A stretch of 64,000 nt of DNA from Flavobacteriales bacterium (lineage in GTDB: Bacteria; Bacteroidota; Bacteroidia; Flavobacteriales_C; CBFIFL01). The translations under genes were made by a program, and so were the position numbers. This document shows, piece after piece, positions 29,607 to 39,689 of the stretch; the stretch's first letter is position 1, and the number at the start of each line of letters is the position of its first letter. The notes beneath the pieces were generated by a model. It saw only the letters and a program-made list of their open reading frames with translations, was not told the DNA's origin and ran no database searches. The stretch spans positions 20,182 through 84,181 of the forward strand of contig CBFIFL010000001.1 of the NCBI GenBank assembly GCA_965661855.1, read 5' to 3'.

Positions 29607-31259
29607 ATGAATTCAAGCTTTCAAACAATAGACTACCTCATATTCGGACTTTATGCTGTTCTTATTTTGGCAGTTGGTCTTTGGGTTTCAAGAAAGAAAA
29701 ATGGTCAAGAGAAAAGTGCCGAAGATTACTTTTTAGCAAGTAAGTCTTTACCATGGTGGGCTATAGGTGCATCATTAATTGCGGCGAATATTTCGGCTGA
29801 ACAGTTTATTGGAATGTCTGGATCAGGGTATAAAGTTGGACTCGCAATAGCCTCCTACGAATGGATGGCAGCATTAACCTTGATAGTTGTGGGGAAATTC
29901 TTTCTCCCGATTTTCATAGAGAAGGGGATTTACACAATTCCAGAGTTTGTAGAGAAGCGTTATTCTTCACAGTTAAAAACTATTCTTGCGGTGTTCTGGA
30001 TTTCACTATACATATTTGTGAATATAGCTTCTGTTCTTTATTTGGGGGCTCTTGCATTAGAAACTATCCTAAATATACCATTGATATACGGAGTTATTGG
30101 GCTTTCATTGTTTGCAGCTGCTTATTCCTTGTATGGAGGGCTTTCTGCAGTTGCATGGACAGATGTTATACAAGTGGTGTTTTTAGTTCTAGGAGGCTTA
30201 GTTACAACTTACTTAGCCCTTGATACCGTATCTGGAGGTGAAGGTGTTTGGTCTGGAATGCAAAAAATATACACTGAAGCTCCAGATCGTTTTATAATGA
30301 TTTTAGATAAATCTCATCCAGAGTATAGTAATTTACCTGGAATTGCTGTTCTAGTGGGAGGAATGTGGGTAGCAAACCTATACTATTGGGGCTTCAATCA
30401 GTATATAATTCAACGTACAATGGCTGCAAAATCTCTGAAAGAATCGCAAAAAGGAATATTGATGGCGGCTGTTTTGAAACTGATAATACCTTTGATTGTG
30501 GTAGTCCCGGGAATCGCTGCTTTTGTTATGACCAATGATACATTGGTGATGAATGATTTAGGAGAGATAGGGCAACAAAACTTACCTTCTATGGATTCTG
30601 CGGATAAAGCATACCCATGGTTATTACAATTTTTGCCAGTTGGATTAAAAGGATTAGCTTTTGCAGCCTTATCGGCGGCAATTGTTTCTTCTTTAGCATC
30701 AATGTTAAACTCAACATCAACAATATTTACTATGGATATTTATCAGCCATACATTAATAAGGGTGCTAATGATAAAGCCATGGTTAAAACAGGTCGGATT
30801 TCAGCTGCGGTAGCTTTGGTTATGGGAGCAATTATGGCCCCTCTTTTAGGAGGGATCGATCAGGCTTTTCAATTTATTCAGGAGTATACAGGAGTAGTTA
30901 GTCCTGGAATATTGGCTGTATTCGTTCTTGGATTGTTTTGGAAGAAAGCTACTAATCGAGCTGCCATAATAGGAGTTTTAACATCAATTCCTATTGCTAT
31001 GTACTTCAAGATTGGTCCGAAAGGATGGATTGATAGCTGGATATTTGTTGATCTACCTTTTTTACATCAAATGGGAATTACAGCTTTGTTAACAATGTTA
31101 ATAATAATAGTAATGAGCAGTGTTCAATTGAAAGGATCTTATGATTCGAAAGGAATTCAAATATCAAGGGAAACTTTCAAAACTTCTCCTAGTTTTAATA
31201 TTGGGTCATTTACGGTCATGATCTGTTTGGTGATTTTATATGCTTTTTTCTGGAGCTAA
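29607..31259 (+). CDS. Sodium:solute symporter (SSS family, SGLT-like sugar transporter)
   Basis: 550 aa with about 13-14 TM segments and a conserved SSS N-terminal region (WWAIGASLIAANISAEQFIGMSG). Confidence 0.85.
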   Translation: MNSSFQTIDYLIFGLYAVLILAVGLWVSRKKNGQEKSAEDYFLASKSLPWWAIGASLIAANISAEQFIGMSGSGYKVGLAIASYEWMAALTLIVVGKFFLPIFIEKGIYTIPEFVEKRYSSQLKTILAVFWISLYIFVNIASVLYLGALALETILNIPLIYGVIGLSLFAAAYSLYGGLSAVAWTDVIQVVFLVLGGLVTTYLALDTVSGGEGVWSGMQKIYTEAPDRFIMILDKSHPEYSNLPGIAVLVGGMWVANLYYWGFNQYIIQRTMAAKSLKESQKGILMAAVLKLIIPLIVVVPGIAAFVMTNDTLVMNDLGEIGQQNLPSMDSADKAYPWLLQFLPVGLKGLAFAALSAAIVSSLASMLNSTSTIFTMDIYQPYINKGANDKAMVKTGRISAAVALVMGAIMAPLLGGIDQAFQFIQEYTGVVSPGILAVFVLGLFWKKATNRAAIIGVLTSIPIAMYFKIGPKGWIDSWIFVDLPFLHQMGITALLTMLIIIVMSSVQLKGSYDSKGIQISRETFKTSPSFNIGSFTVMICLVILYAFFWS

Positions 31260-31271
31260 ATAGAAAATAAT

Positions 31272-31634
31272 ATGGAAATAGCAATTATTGCTCATGATGG
31301 AAAGAAAGCTGAGATGGTTCAATTTTTAAATGAACAATCGATTTTTTTGCATAAAAACGAGATCACTTTAATTTCCACTGGTACAACGGGTTCAAAGGTT
31401 CAAAAGGCAGGGTTTGCTGTAGAAAAACTACTTTCGGGTCCTTATGGAGGAGATGCTCAAATAGCAGCCAGAGTTGCAGAAGGTAAGTGTAATATGGTTG
31501 TTTTTTTCAGAGATCCATTAGAAAAGCATCCTCATGAACCAGATATATCAATGCTTATGCGTCTTTGTGACGTGCATGATATTCCCCTCGCTACAAATCC
31601 GAGCACGGCAGCTTTACTTTTTAAGGGGCTTTAG
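31272..31634 (+). CDS. mgsA: Methylglyoxal synthase
   Basis: Co-linear with MgsA (IALIAHD, ATGTTG, SGPYGGDAQI, DPLEKHPHEPD). Length 120 aa. Confidence 0.85.
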   Translation: MEIAIIAHDGKKAEMVQFLNEQSIFLHKNEITLISTGTTGSKVQKAGFAVEKLLSGPYGGDAQIAARVAEGKCNMVVFFRDPLEKHPHEPDISMLMRLCDVHDIPLATNPSTAALLFKGL

Positions 31635-31912
31635 TTCAATATGCTTTTGTGAGAATATTAAAGGCTGATCAAATAATTATTAAAAGAAGAGCTTTATTCA
31701 TCATTCTGATTTGGTTTTCAGTAAAGATGATTAAATTATAATCTTGTCACAATATTTTACTTAGTAGAGGCTATTAGACTGTATAGTTCAATAATTAATT
31801 AAATGACCATTTCAATGTAACTTAAACCGTTTGAGTAAAGCGAAAGTTAGCAAGGATCTGAAAGTAGGTTTTTAGTTTGAAAATGTCATTAGTGCGTAAT
31901 ATGTGAGTAGGC

Positions 31913-31945
31913 ATAAAAAAAGGGTTCCAATTTCTGGAACCCTTG
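31913..31945 (-). terminator. Rho-independent terminator immediately downstream of tRNA-Arg
   Basis: On the minus strand, GGGTTCCAgaaatTGGAACCC followed by TTTTTTTATG. Confidence 0.7.
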
Positions 31946-31954
31946 TTTCTGTAG

Positions 31955-32028
<74 letters not shown>

Positions 32029-32126
32029 GATTTTGGTGTTGCAAAGATACAAGCTTTCGGTTTTATCAGCAAGTAAATTATTAAAAAACTTAATAAAGAT
32101 TTAAAACGCTTAACAAGATTGTCTGA

Positions 32127-32648
32127 TTATCCCTTTAAACTAAAGGTTTCTAGAACTTTATAGTTAACTCCTTTGTTCTTGTTTAGAAAAGATTTCCATA
32201 AGTGGATTTCCTTTACTTCCAAGGTTTGTGCAAAATCCAATTGATGGATTCCTTGTGGTACCGATTTTTTGCTTCTAGCCACAGTTATGTGTGGTGTTGG
32301 CTTATGATCTGGTTTTTTATTAAGGATGCTTCGATTCAATTTAGTGCACAATTGTGTAAATGCTTCTTGCCTTTGTCCTTTACACCAAATCATTTTTGGT
32401 TGATTCTGACTAACCGTAGTTATCTTATTGAAGTCTAGATTAAAAGCTTCTGTTTCATTGCAAACACTTTGGATTTTATCACAGATTACTTCTATCTCGC
32501 CCTGATAGTCTCCTATAAAGCAAGTTGTAATGTGCCAGTTGATGAATTCTACATCGCGCCAAGACTTATCAATTCTAACTGGAATTAACTCTTCATGCAA
32601 TGCATGTGAAAATGACTCGTCTATTGATGCCCCTACAAAAAGTCTCAT
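32127..32648 (-). CDS. 2H phosphoesterase family protein (RNA 2',3'-cyclic phosphodiesterase ThpR / LigT-like)
   Basis: Two H-x-T/S-x motifs (HITTCF and HITVARS). Length about 170 aa. Confidence 0.65.
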   Translation of the reverse strand: MRLFVGASIDESFSHALHEELIPVRIDKSWRDVEFINWHITTCFIGDYQGEIEVICDKIQSVCNETEAFNLDFNKITTVSQNQPKMIWCKGQRQEAFTQLCTKLNRSILNKKPDHKPTPHITVARSKKSVPQGIHQLDFAQTLEVKEIHLWKSFLNKNKGVNYKVLETFSLKG

Positions 32649-32673
32649 ACCGCGAATTTAGTATTTTTACGAG

Positions 32674-33681
32674 ATGAGTCATGAGCTTTTTATGAGAAGA
32701 GCGCTTCACTTAGCTGAGCGAGGAAAGGGTAGGGTAATGCCAAACCCTATGGTGGGTGCTGTTATAGTTCATGATGGACTCATAATTGGTGAGGGTTATC
32801 ATGAACAATATGGTGGACCACATGCTGAAGTAAATGCAGTTAATTCAGTTGAGAATAAAGATTTACTGAAAGAATCGACTATTTATGTCACTCTTGAGCC
32901 ATGTGCTCATTTTGGGAAAACACCTCCTTGTGCTGAGTTAATCGTAAAGTCTCAGTTTAAAAAGGTGGTAGTTGCACAGTTAGATCCTCATGAAAAGGTA
33001 GCAGGGAAAGGAATGAAGCTGATTGAAGATGCCGGTATCGAAACAGAAATGGGTGTTTTGGAAAAGGAAGCTCGTTATTTGAATCGCAGGTTTAATTGCT
33101 TTCATGCTGAAAAAAGACCTTACGTTATATTGAAATGGGCAGAGACTCAAGACGGTGTGATTGGAAGAGCTGAGCAGGATAAGGATAAATCAACTTGGAT
33201 GAGCTCTAATACATCAAAACAATTGGTGCATGAAATGAGAGCTCATGAAGCGGCTATTCTTATTGGGAAAAACACGGCTATTAAGGATAACCCAAGTTTA
33301 ACGGTTAGATTGACTAAAGGAGATAATCCACTTCGTTTGGTTTTAGATCAAAAGAATGAATTATCTGATTTATTGAATGTATTCAATAAGGAAGCAGAGA
33401 CGCTTCGATTGGTAGAAGGAGAGACGATTAAAGAATGGAAGAATTTATGGGAAGAACTGTTCAAGTTACTTTTTGATAAAGGAATTCAATCGTTAATTGT
33501 TGAAGGAGGTAGTAAAGTATTGACAGATATTATTGAGAAGGGAATGTGGGATGAAGCTTATAAGTTTATTGCTCCTGTAAAATGGGAGATTGGAGTTTAT
33601 GCTCCTCAAGGGATTAGTAATTGGGAGTTGATCAATGATCACTTAGAAGGAGATCATTTATATAGAGCTTACAAATGGTAG
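32674..33681 (+). CDS. ribD: Bifunctional riboflavin biosynthesis protein RibD (pyrimidine deaminase / reductase)
   Basis: CMP/dCMP deaminase zinc motif (HAEVNA...LEPCAHFGKTPPC) followed by an RibD C-terminal reductase domain. Confidence 0.85.
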   Translation: MSHELFMRRALHLAERGKGRVMPNPMVGAVIVHDGLIIGEGYHEQYGGPHAEVNAVNSVENKDLLKESTIYVTLEPCAHFGKTPPCAELIVKSQFKKVVVAQLDPHEKVAGKGMKLIEDAGIETEMGVLEKEARYLNRRFNCFHAEKRPYVILKWAETQDGVIGRAEQDKDKSTWMSSNTSKQLVHEMRAHEAAILIGKNTAIKDNPSLTVRLTKGDNPLRLVLDQKNELSDLLNVFNKEAETLRLVEGETIKEWKNLWEELFKLLFDKGIQSLIVEGGSKVLTDIIEKGMWDEAYKFIAPVKWEIGVYAPQGISNWELINDHLEGDHLYRAYKW

Positions 33682-34586
33682 TATATCTTCTAATTAGTAT
33701 CATATCAACGAGTAGCTTATTTGTGCTTTTCAAAGGTTTTGAAAGGTTCAATATAAATACGCTACAGGCTATTGTAGTTAATTATTGGACAGCTATTGCT
33801 ATTGGATATTTGACAACCGATTCACCTTTAAATATAGTTGAGTCCATTGATAAACCTTGGTTTGTTCATGCAGTATGGCTCGGTCTGTTATTCATTGTCT
33901 TCTTTCATTTAATAGCTTTCGCATCGCAAAAAATAGGAGTAGCAGTTACTACTACTTCTAATAAAATGGCTGTAGTTATTCCGATAGTTGTAGGAATCTT
34001 CTTTTATGGAGAATCTGCTGTTTGGTATAAGGTATTAGGTATTTTATGTGCCTTGGTAGCGGTTTATTTAATTACTAAGCCATTAGAGAAATCGACTGTA
34101 AAGAAATCTTTTTTGATTCTGATTCTTCCAGTCATTCTATTCGCTGGTGGTGGTGCTATGGATGTGGCTTTAAATTATGTTCAAAAAGATATTATACAAG
34201 GTTTTTATGTTGGAGAACAAGCAGAGTTAGAAACAGCATGGTTTTCTACTAGTATATTTATTTGTGCAGCGGCATTAGGAACATTGGTTGTTTTATTCCA
34301 GTTATTAAAAGGAAAACTAAATATTAACCTTAGGTCTATTTTAGCAGGTATTATTTTAGGTATTCCTAATTACGCCTCTATTTATTTCCTGTTAAGAGCT
34401 ATTGATACTAAAGTGTTAGGAGCTTCCGCTTTATTTCCAATTGCAAACGTTGGAGGAATTTTGTTTGCTACTGTAGCTTCCATGATAATCTTTAAAGAAA
34501 AGTTGTCGAGACCTAATTGGGTTGGGGTGGTATTGAGTGTTATTGGGATATTTTTGATTGTATTAGAGACGGTATTAAATGGCTGA
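33675..34586 (+). CDS. EamA/DMT superfamily membrane transporter
   Basis: Ten predicted TM helices in a duplicated EamA-like arrangement. Length 303 aa. Confidence 0.65.
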   Translation: MVVYLLISIISTSSLFVLFKGFERFNINTLQAIVVNYWTAIAIGYLTTDSPLNIVESIDKPWFVHAVWLGLLFIVFFHLIAFASQKIGVAVTTTSNKMAVVIPIVVGIFFYGESAVWYKVLGILCALVAVYLITKPLEKSTVKKSFLILILPVILFAGGGAMDVALNYVQKDIIQGFYVGEQAELETAWFSTSIFICAAALGTLVVLFQLLKGKLNINLRSILAGIILGIPNYASIYFLLRAIDTKVLGASALFPIANVGGILFATVASMIIFKEKLSRPNWVGVVLSVIGIFLIVLETVLNG

Positions 34587-35184
34587 TCGAAAAGTATATA
34601 AAACGTTAGCGTCGTCTTCGGAGGGAGAGTATAAGGAGAAGGGAAGTAAGTTTTTGTCTTACGCCTTTCCGGTTCAATCTGTAGAAGATTTTCAAGCCCA
34701 ATTGAAAATGATGAAGGAGCTACATGATGCGTCTAACTTCTGTTATGCTTATCGAATAGGGTTGAATGGTGAAACTTACAGAGCTTACGATGACAATGAG
34801 CCATCAGGATCTGCAGGGATGCCGATATATAATCAGTTAAGGTCGTTCGAAATAACTAATGTAGGAGTTATTGTAGCACGATATTACGGTGGAAGTAAGT
34901 TAGGTATACCTGGATTGATTCATGCCTTTAAAGAGTCTACAAACGATGCTTTAGATCAAAATGAATTCATTGAAGAGGAAGTACAGGTTGTTTTTGAGTT
35001 ACAGTTTACTTACGTTCAAATGAACGATGTAATGATTTTGATAAAACGAAATAAAGCAAAGGTCATTCAACAGGATTTTGATAATGATTGTCTGCTTAAA
35101 GCAAGCGTTCCAGAATCTGTTTATTCGGATATAGCTGGGATAATTGAAAACATGCAAGGGGTTAGTCTTAAAAAAACAGACTAA
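34579..35184 (+). CDS. IMPACT/YigZ family protein
   Basis: UPF0029 signature region (CYAYRIG...DDNEPSGSAGMPI). Confidence 0.75.
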   Translation: MADRKVYKTLASSSEGEYKEKGSKFLSYAFPVQSVEDFQAQLKMMKELHDASNFCYAYRIGLNGETYRAYDDNEPSGSAGMPIYNQLRSFEITNVGVIVARYYGGSKLGIPGLIHAFKESTNDALDQNEFIEEEVQVVFELQFTYVQMNDVMILIKRNKAKVIQQDFDNDCLLKASVPESVYSDIAGIIENMQGVSLKKTD

Positions 35185-35307
35185 ATAAGTTGGTCCTAGT
35201 AAAAGGAGTAAGACTCTTGTAAATAGATGGTTCGACTGCCGCTCACCAAGCTGTAGGGTGTTAGATTTTTTTTTGATAAGAGGGCTTTCCAGAAGCATAG
35301 GCACGAT

Positions 35308-35345
35308 AAGAAAATCTCTGATTTTCCCTCCGTGATATCCAATTG
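35308..35345. repeat. Copy A of a roughly 35-nt intergenic motif (AGAAAATCTCYGATTTTMCCTCCRYGATATCC) shared with 43033..43068
   Basis: 32 of 35 positions are identical between the two copies. Contains the small hairpin AAAATC-tct-GATTTT followed by CCTCC. Confidence 0.6.
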
Positions 35346-35436
35346 AAATCTCCGTAATATCTGTAAATCCTTCTATCTGTGGTGAAAAATCAATACGATC
35401 CTAGAAGCGGATCAAAAGTTAGTAGGGATTATCCAA

Positions 35437-35473
35437 TAAAAAAGCCATCTCGCAATCGAGATGGCTTTTTAAA
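35437..35473. terminator. Bidirectional rho-independent terminator between convergent genes
   Basis: AAAAAGCCATCTCGcaaTCGAGATGGCTTTTT. Confidence 0.75.
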
Positions 35474-35490
35474 TGATCTATATTTTATTT

Positions 35491-36018
35491 CTAGTTAACA
35501 AAGTTCAAAGTAACATCATAGTTTGGAGTTTCATCTTCTTCAGTAAAAGATAATCCTAAAGCTTCCGTAGTTAACTCAGTGATACCAAACACCATTGTAT
35601 CTGTATCTTGATATATCGCTACCATTGTTTCACTTGCCATGAACGTCCAAGTTCCAGTAGCTGATTCTAAACCATTTTCTCCAGGAGTCATTCCACTGAA
35701 TGTTCCATCGTCACTAAAGTCTAAATTCATTCCTACCATGAATAGGTTGTATAAGCTATCTGTTGATGCTCCAGCTGTTGTGCTAGCTGCAGAGAAATTC
35801 CATGCTCCATTAGTAATTAAATGGTCGTTGTCATATTCACAAGATCCATCGTCAACAAGTGCAGTCACTGAAAAGTTTGTAGCCTGAAGATCCGTGCATC
35901 CTTCCGTTAAACCCTCTAAGGTGTCATTTGCCTCTTCGGTATCCGTTTCACAAGATGTTAATGCAATTGACCCTATTAAAAACGCTCCTAAACCTAATTT
36001 TAAAAACTTCTTATTCAT
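35491..36018 (-). CDS. Lipoprotein, hypothetical (175 aa)
   Basis: Lipobox (ALTSCETD). Acidic, beta-rich sequence. Confidence 0.5.
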   Translation of the reverse strand: MNKKFLKLGLGAFLIGSIALTSCETDTEEANDTLEGLTEGCTDLQATNFSVTALVDDGSCEYDNDHLITNGAWNFSAASTTAGASTDSLYNLFMVGMNLDFSDDGTFSGMTPGENGLESATGTWTFMASETMVAIYQDTDTMVFGITELTTEALGLSFTEEDETPNYDVTLNFVN

Positions 36019-36086
36019 AATGTGTTATTTGAATTTGTGGTTTTAAACTGTCATGATAACAAAAGGTTACAGCTTTGTTTGATCTG

Positions 36087-36761
36087 TTAGTGGCATTTTA
36101 CCTCAGTGCTTTGAGGATCAAACTTTGGACTGAGATAGGGGATGCCTAAGTTGAATCCTCGAAGTAAGAATAAAACTGCCATTGCAATGAGTAAAGCATT
36201 GGATACTTTCTTGAAGCTAGCTTTCCATTTCTGACTTAGCCAATTCTGTATTAAGCTGAGTCCGAATAAGGCTGGAAGTGTTCCTAATCCAAATAAAAAC
36301 ATGTAGCTAACGGAGTTGATAATCGATCCTCCTGCAATACTAGCTCCTAAAGCAACGTATACCATTCCGCACGGTAAGAAACCGTTTAAGTTTCCCAATA
36401 AAAATTGTTTTTGACTACTGCCAATTGATTTGTTTTGATGAAGCTTTTGAATTGGCTTTAGTATAAATCCTAAACTACTGCTCAGCTTTGATTTAAAAAG
36501 TAGGATCAAAAGAATACTGATACCTGCAATGATGGATAACCATTGTTGTAAGCCTATAAAGACAAATGATTGTCCGATTATACCACCAATGATACCAATG
36601 ATAGAATAAGATAGAATACGTCCGCTATGGTGAATCAAAGGAGATTTAAGATTTGATCGACCAGCTTTGTACCAAGGAAACATAGACAGTAATGGTCCGC
36701 ACATACCCAAGCAGTGCAGTGAACTGGCTAATCCTAATAATATGGCTCCTAAGTAAAACAC
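36087..36761 (-). CDS. DsbD_2 / TauE-like membrane protein associated with the cbb3 oxidase cluster
   Basis: HCLGMCGP motif near the N-terminus and 6 TM helices. Positioned after ccoH as in other Bacteroidota cco clusters. Confidence 0.5.
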   Translation of the reverse strand: MFYLGAILLGLASSLHCLGMCGPLLSMFPWYKAGRSNLKSPLIHHSGRILSYSIIGIIGGIIGQSFVFIGLQQWLSIIAGISILLILLFKSKLSSSLGFILKPIQKLHQNKSIGSSQKQFLLGNLNGFLPCGMVYVALGASIAGGSIINSVSYMFLFGLGTLPALFGLSLIQNWLSQKWKASFKKVSNALLIAMAVLFLLRGFNLGIPYLSPKFDPQSTEVKCH

Positions 36762-37186
36762 TATTGAATAATGAATCGTTTAGATGAATAATAGTATTTA
36801 TTATCGCTTGTAATGTCAATTTTAAGGTCGTAATGACCCTTTTTCTGCTGAGCTAAGTCTAAAACGAATTCACCACTTTCATTCGTCGTAAAAGATGTTT
36901 CGAAGTCTTGATCTTGATCGTTAAAGCAAATCCATTTAATGCTTACTTCAGATAGTCCAGATAATGGAAGTTGAAATACAGCCGTATTATTCACTTGTTT
37001 CAATTCAACTTCTCCTAAAGCTCCTAATGCTATTCGAGCGTTAATCTTCTCTTGGTAGTTGATTTCTTGTTCGTAGTAATCCTCTGATACTAAAGGTACT
37101 TTGATTTGAAATGATGCGTAAACCAATGCTCCTATAAAGAACATAAAGCAAACTATAAAAATGGCTATTCCTTTACCCCAATTCAT
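36761..37186 (-). CDS. ccoH: FixH/CcoH family protein
   Basis: Single N-terminal TM helix followed by a beta domain, about 140 aa. Start overlaps the upstream gene by 1 nt. Position after ccoG. Confidence 0.6.
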   Translation of the reverse strand: MNWGKGIAIFIVCFMFFIGALVYASFQIKVPLVSEDYYEQEINYQEKINARIALGALGEVELKQVNNTAVFQLPLSGLSEVSIKWICFNDQDQDFETSFTTNESGEFVLDLAQQKKGHYDLKIDITSDNKYYYSSKRFIIQ

Positions 37187-37192
37187 AATGTT

Positions 37193-38590
37193 CTATTTAT
37201 ATGATCCTTGAAAGTTGTTTTTACTTTCCTTTACTAATTCTTCGCCTTCCCAGACTTTAATTATAATCTCGTTGTTTCTTTCGTCAAGTTCTTTGTCTGG
37301 AATTCGAATTAGAATTGTTAGTTCTAAATCTTCATTGGCGTTTAAGAAAATGCTGTCTTGTTCAATCAATTGAATACTTGCCGTATGACCTGGAATATCT
37401 AGAGATAATAATTTTTCATCGTTGCTCTTATTAATGAATCTTCCTTTGTAGATGTTTTGAGCTACTCCAGTACTATCTATAAATACTCTGTTTCCACGTG
37501 CTGTAATAATATCAACTTCAACGCTTGAACGGTTCCAAAGAATTAAAGACATAGCAAATGTTAAGACAACCAGTAGAATTACATAAGCTTTGGCTCTTAC
37601 AGAAAGTTTCCAAGGAGTTTTATTCGCAATACTGCTTTCAGATGCATAGCGAATCAGTTTAGGAGGTAAGTTAACCTTGTCCATAACCGAATCACAAGCA
37701 TCGATACATGCTGTACAATTGATACACTCTAATTGAACTCCATTTCTAATGTCGATTCCTGTCGGACAAACACGAACACATTCACCACAGTCTATACAGT
37801 CTCCACCGGTACGTTCTTGTTTTGGACGGTATTTTTCTCTTGATTCACCACGTTCATGATCGTATGAAACCAATAAAGTGTTTCGATCAGTAAGTACGCC
37901 TTGCAATCTTCCGTACGGACAAACAGTTGTACAAACTTGTTCTCTAAATCGAGCAAATACTCCGAAGAAAACAAAAGAGAATACCATGATTAATGATAAA
38001 CCTTTAATGTGTTCAGAAGGAGAGGAGGTGATGATAGTTAACAGTTCATCAAAACCTATTAGGTATGCCAAGAATGTATTGGCAATAACGAAGGAAATCA
38101 GATAGAAAATAATGTTCTTGCTCCCTTTCTTAATGATCTTTTCTCTGGTCCAATTGGATTGATTAAGCTTCTTTTGGTCTTTAGCATCTCCTTCAATGAA
38201 ATATTCAATTCTTCTGAAAAGCATTTCCATGAAGATCGTTTGCGGGCACATCCATCCACAAAATATTCTACCTAATACGACAGTAAATAGAATTATGGTG
38301 ACAAACAAAATAATTATCGTAAAGGCAAAAAGATGAAAATCATGAGGGTGGAATACAGCACCAAAGAAGACAAACTTTCTTTGAATGACGTTTAGAAGAA
38401 CCAATTGTTCTCCAGATACTTTAATAAATGGAGAAAGAAATAAGAAGGCTAGTAATACATAACTAACTACTTTTCTCCATTGGTATATTTTTCCTTTAGG
38501 CTTCTTTGGATAGATCCAAATACGTTTACCATCTTCATTAACGGTAGCAATTTTATCCCGGAATTTGTCTTTGTTATCTTGAGTTTCCAT
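37193..38590 (-). CDS. ccoG: Cytochrome c oxidase accessory protein CcoG/FixG (4Fe-4S ferredoxin-type)
   Basis: Two CxxCxxCxxxCP ferredoxin motifs (CIDCGECVRVCP, CINCTACIDAC) plus an N-terminal TM region. Confidence 0.85.
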   Translation of the reverse strand: METQDNKDKFRDKIATVNEDGKRIWIYPKKPKGKIYQWRKVVSYVLLAFLFLSPFIKVSGEQLVLLNVIQRKFVFFGAVFHPHDFHLFAFTIIILFVTIILFTVVLGRIFCGWMCPQTIFMEMLFRRIEYFIEGDAKDQKKLNQSNWTREKIIKKGSKNIIFYLISFVIANTFLAYLIGFDELLTIITSSPSEHIKGLSLIMVFSFVFFGVFARFREQVCTTVCPYGRLQGVLTDRNTLLVSYDHERGESREKYRPKQERTGGDCIDCGECVRVCPTGIDIRNGVQLECINCTACIDACDSVMDKVNLPPKLIRYASESSIANKTPWKLSVRAKAYVILLVVLTFAMSLILWNRSSVEVDIITARGNRVFIDSTGVAQNIYKGRFINKSNDEKLLSLDIPGHTASIQLIEQDSIFLNANEDLELTILIRIPDKELDERNNEIIIKVWEGEELVKESKNNFQGSYK

Positions 38591-38668
38591 GTCTTGCTTT
38601 TGTTAAATTAGATAAGCCTAAGTGATAAAAGAGTTGAGTGACCTGGATCACTCAACTGTTATTTAGAA

Positions 38669-39502
38669 TTATTCTGCTTTTTTACCTTCTGGTCCTTTAG
38701 CATTTGGAGGGTTAGTTCCCTGCATAGTAAGGATGTAAGACGATACTTGTTGCATTTCTTTTGGAGATAATCTATCACTCCATGATGCCATACCTTTACC
38801 AGATACACCAAACTTTACCGTCTTGAATATATCTTTGATATCTCCACCATGAATCCAGTATTCATCTGTTAGGTTAGGTCCATTACCACCTTCTAAATTC
38901 ATACCGTGACAAGGGAAACAGTTCTTTTTATAGATCATTTCTCCTTTCTCGATTAAACCTGGGGCTTCCAGTAAAGTAACCGTATTCTCATCAATCACTT
39001 CTTTCAGTGTTGCTTGATAAGCAGCTACTTCTTGTCTACCTTCTTCCATTGCCATTTCAAACTCTTCAGCTGATGAAGGTCCGAAAGAACTTACATGGTA
39101 ATACGTAAAGTAGATAGCTCCCCATATGATACATAAGTAGAATCCATATTTCCACCAAGGTGGTAAATCGTTATCTAACTCATGAATACCATCGTATTCA
39201 TGATCCATCATGATTTCAGCTTCCTTTTCAATCGGAACAGCAGCTGTAAGAGCTTTAAGAACAGTAGATTCTTCCTTAACCGGTTTTGGTTTCGGATTAG
39301 GAACGAATGATTTAGGATAAACTCCTTTACCAACTGAAGTAGTAATGTTGTATAACACTACTAAAACAATCGTAAGAGCTACACCCGCTGTAAATAATCC
39401 AAAAGCTAAAGGATCATTAAAAATTGCTAAGTCAGCGATATACTCCCAAGCTGTGCCTGAAGCCATATCAGTGTTTACGTTAGTCGTTGCTTCCATGATC
39501 AA
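38669..39502 (-). CDS. ccoP: cbb3-type cytochrome c oxidase subunit III (CcoP), mono-haem form
   Basis: N-terminal TM region and a single CxxCH (CFPCHG) in a cytochrome c domain. Confidence 0.75.
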   Translation of the reverse strand: MIMEATTNVNTDMASGTAWEYIADLAIFNDPLAFGLFTAGVALTIVLVVLYNITTSVGKGVYPKSFVPNPKPKPVKEESTVLKALTAAVPIEKEAEIMMDHEYDGIHELDNDLPPWWKYGFYLCIIWGAIYFTYYHVSSFGPSSAEEFEMAMEEGRQEVAAYQATLKEVIDENTVTLLEAPGLIEKGEMIYKKNCFPCHGMNLEGGNGPNLTDEYWIHGGDIKDIFKTVKFGVSGKGMASWSDRLSPKEMQQVSSYILTMQGTNPPNAKGPEGKKAE

Positions 39503-39667
39503 TTAGTTTAATGGCAAGTTTTCTAATTCCTTAATCTTATCTTTTCTTACAGTGAATACCCAAATACCTACTAGTAAAAAGAATACAAAGAAGATTAAGA
39601 AGGATATGATTGGATAGATTTCAATTCCTGAAATACTCTCCATGTGCTGTTTTACAAACTTTAACAT
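39503..39667 (-). CDS. ccoQ: cbb3 oxidase subunit IV (CcoQ), 54 aa. Absent from the ORF track because it is under 60 aa.
   Basis: Minus-strand ORF MLKFVKQHMESISGIEIYPIISFLIFFVFFLLVGIWVFTVRKDKIKELENLPLN. Single TM helix. Located exactly between ccoNO and ccoP. Confidence 0.6.
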   Translation of the reverse strand: MLKFVKQHMESISGIEIYPIISFLIFFVFFLLVGIWVFTVRKDKIKELENLPLN

Positions 39668-39689
39668 AGTCTATTAATTTTCTTGATTC

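Noticed and set aside
32649-32673. Possible FMN riboswitch before ribD
   Set aside because: Only 25 bp separate ribD from the upstream gene, too short for an FMN element. ribD appears alone rather than in a rib operon.
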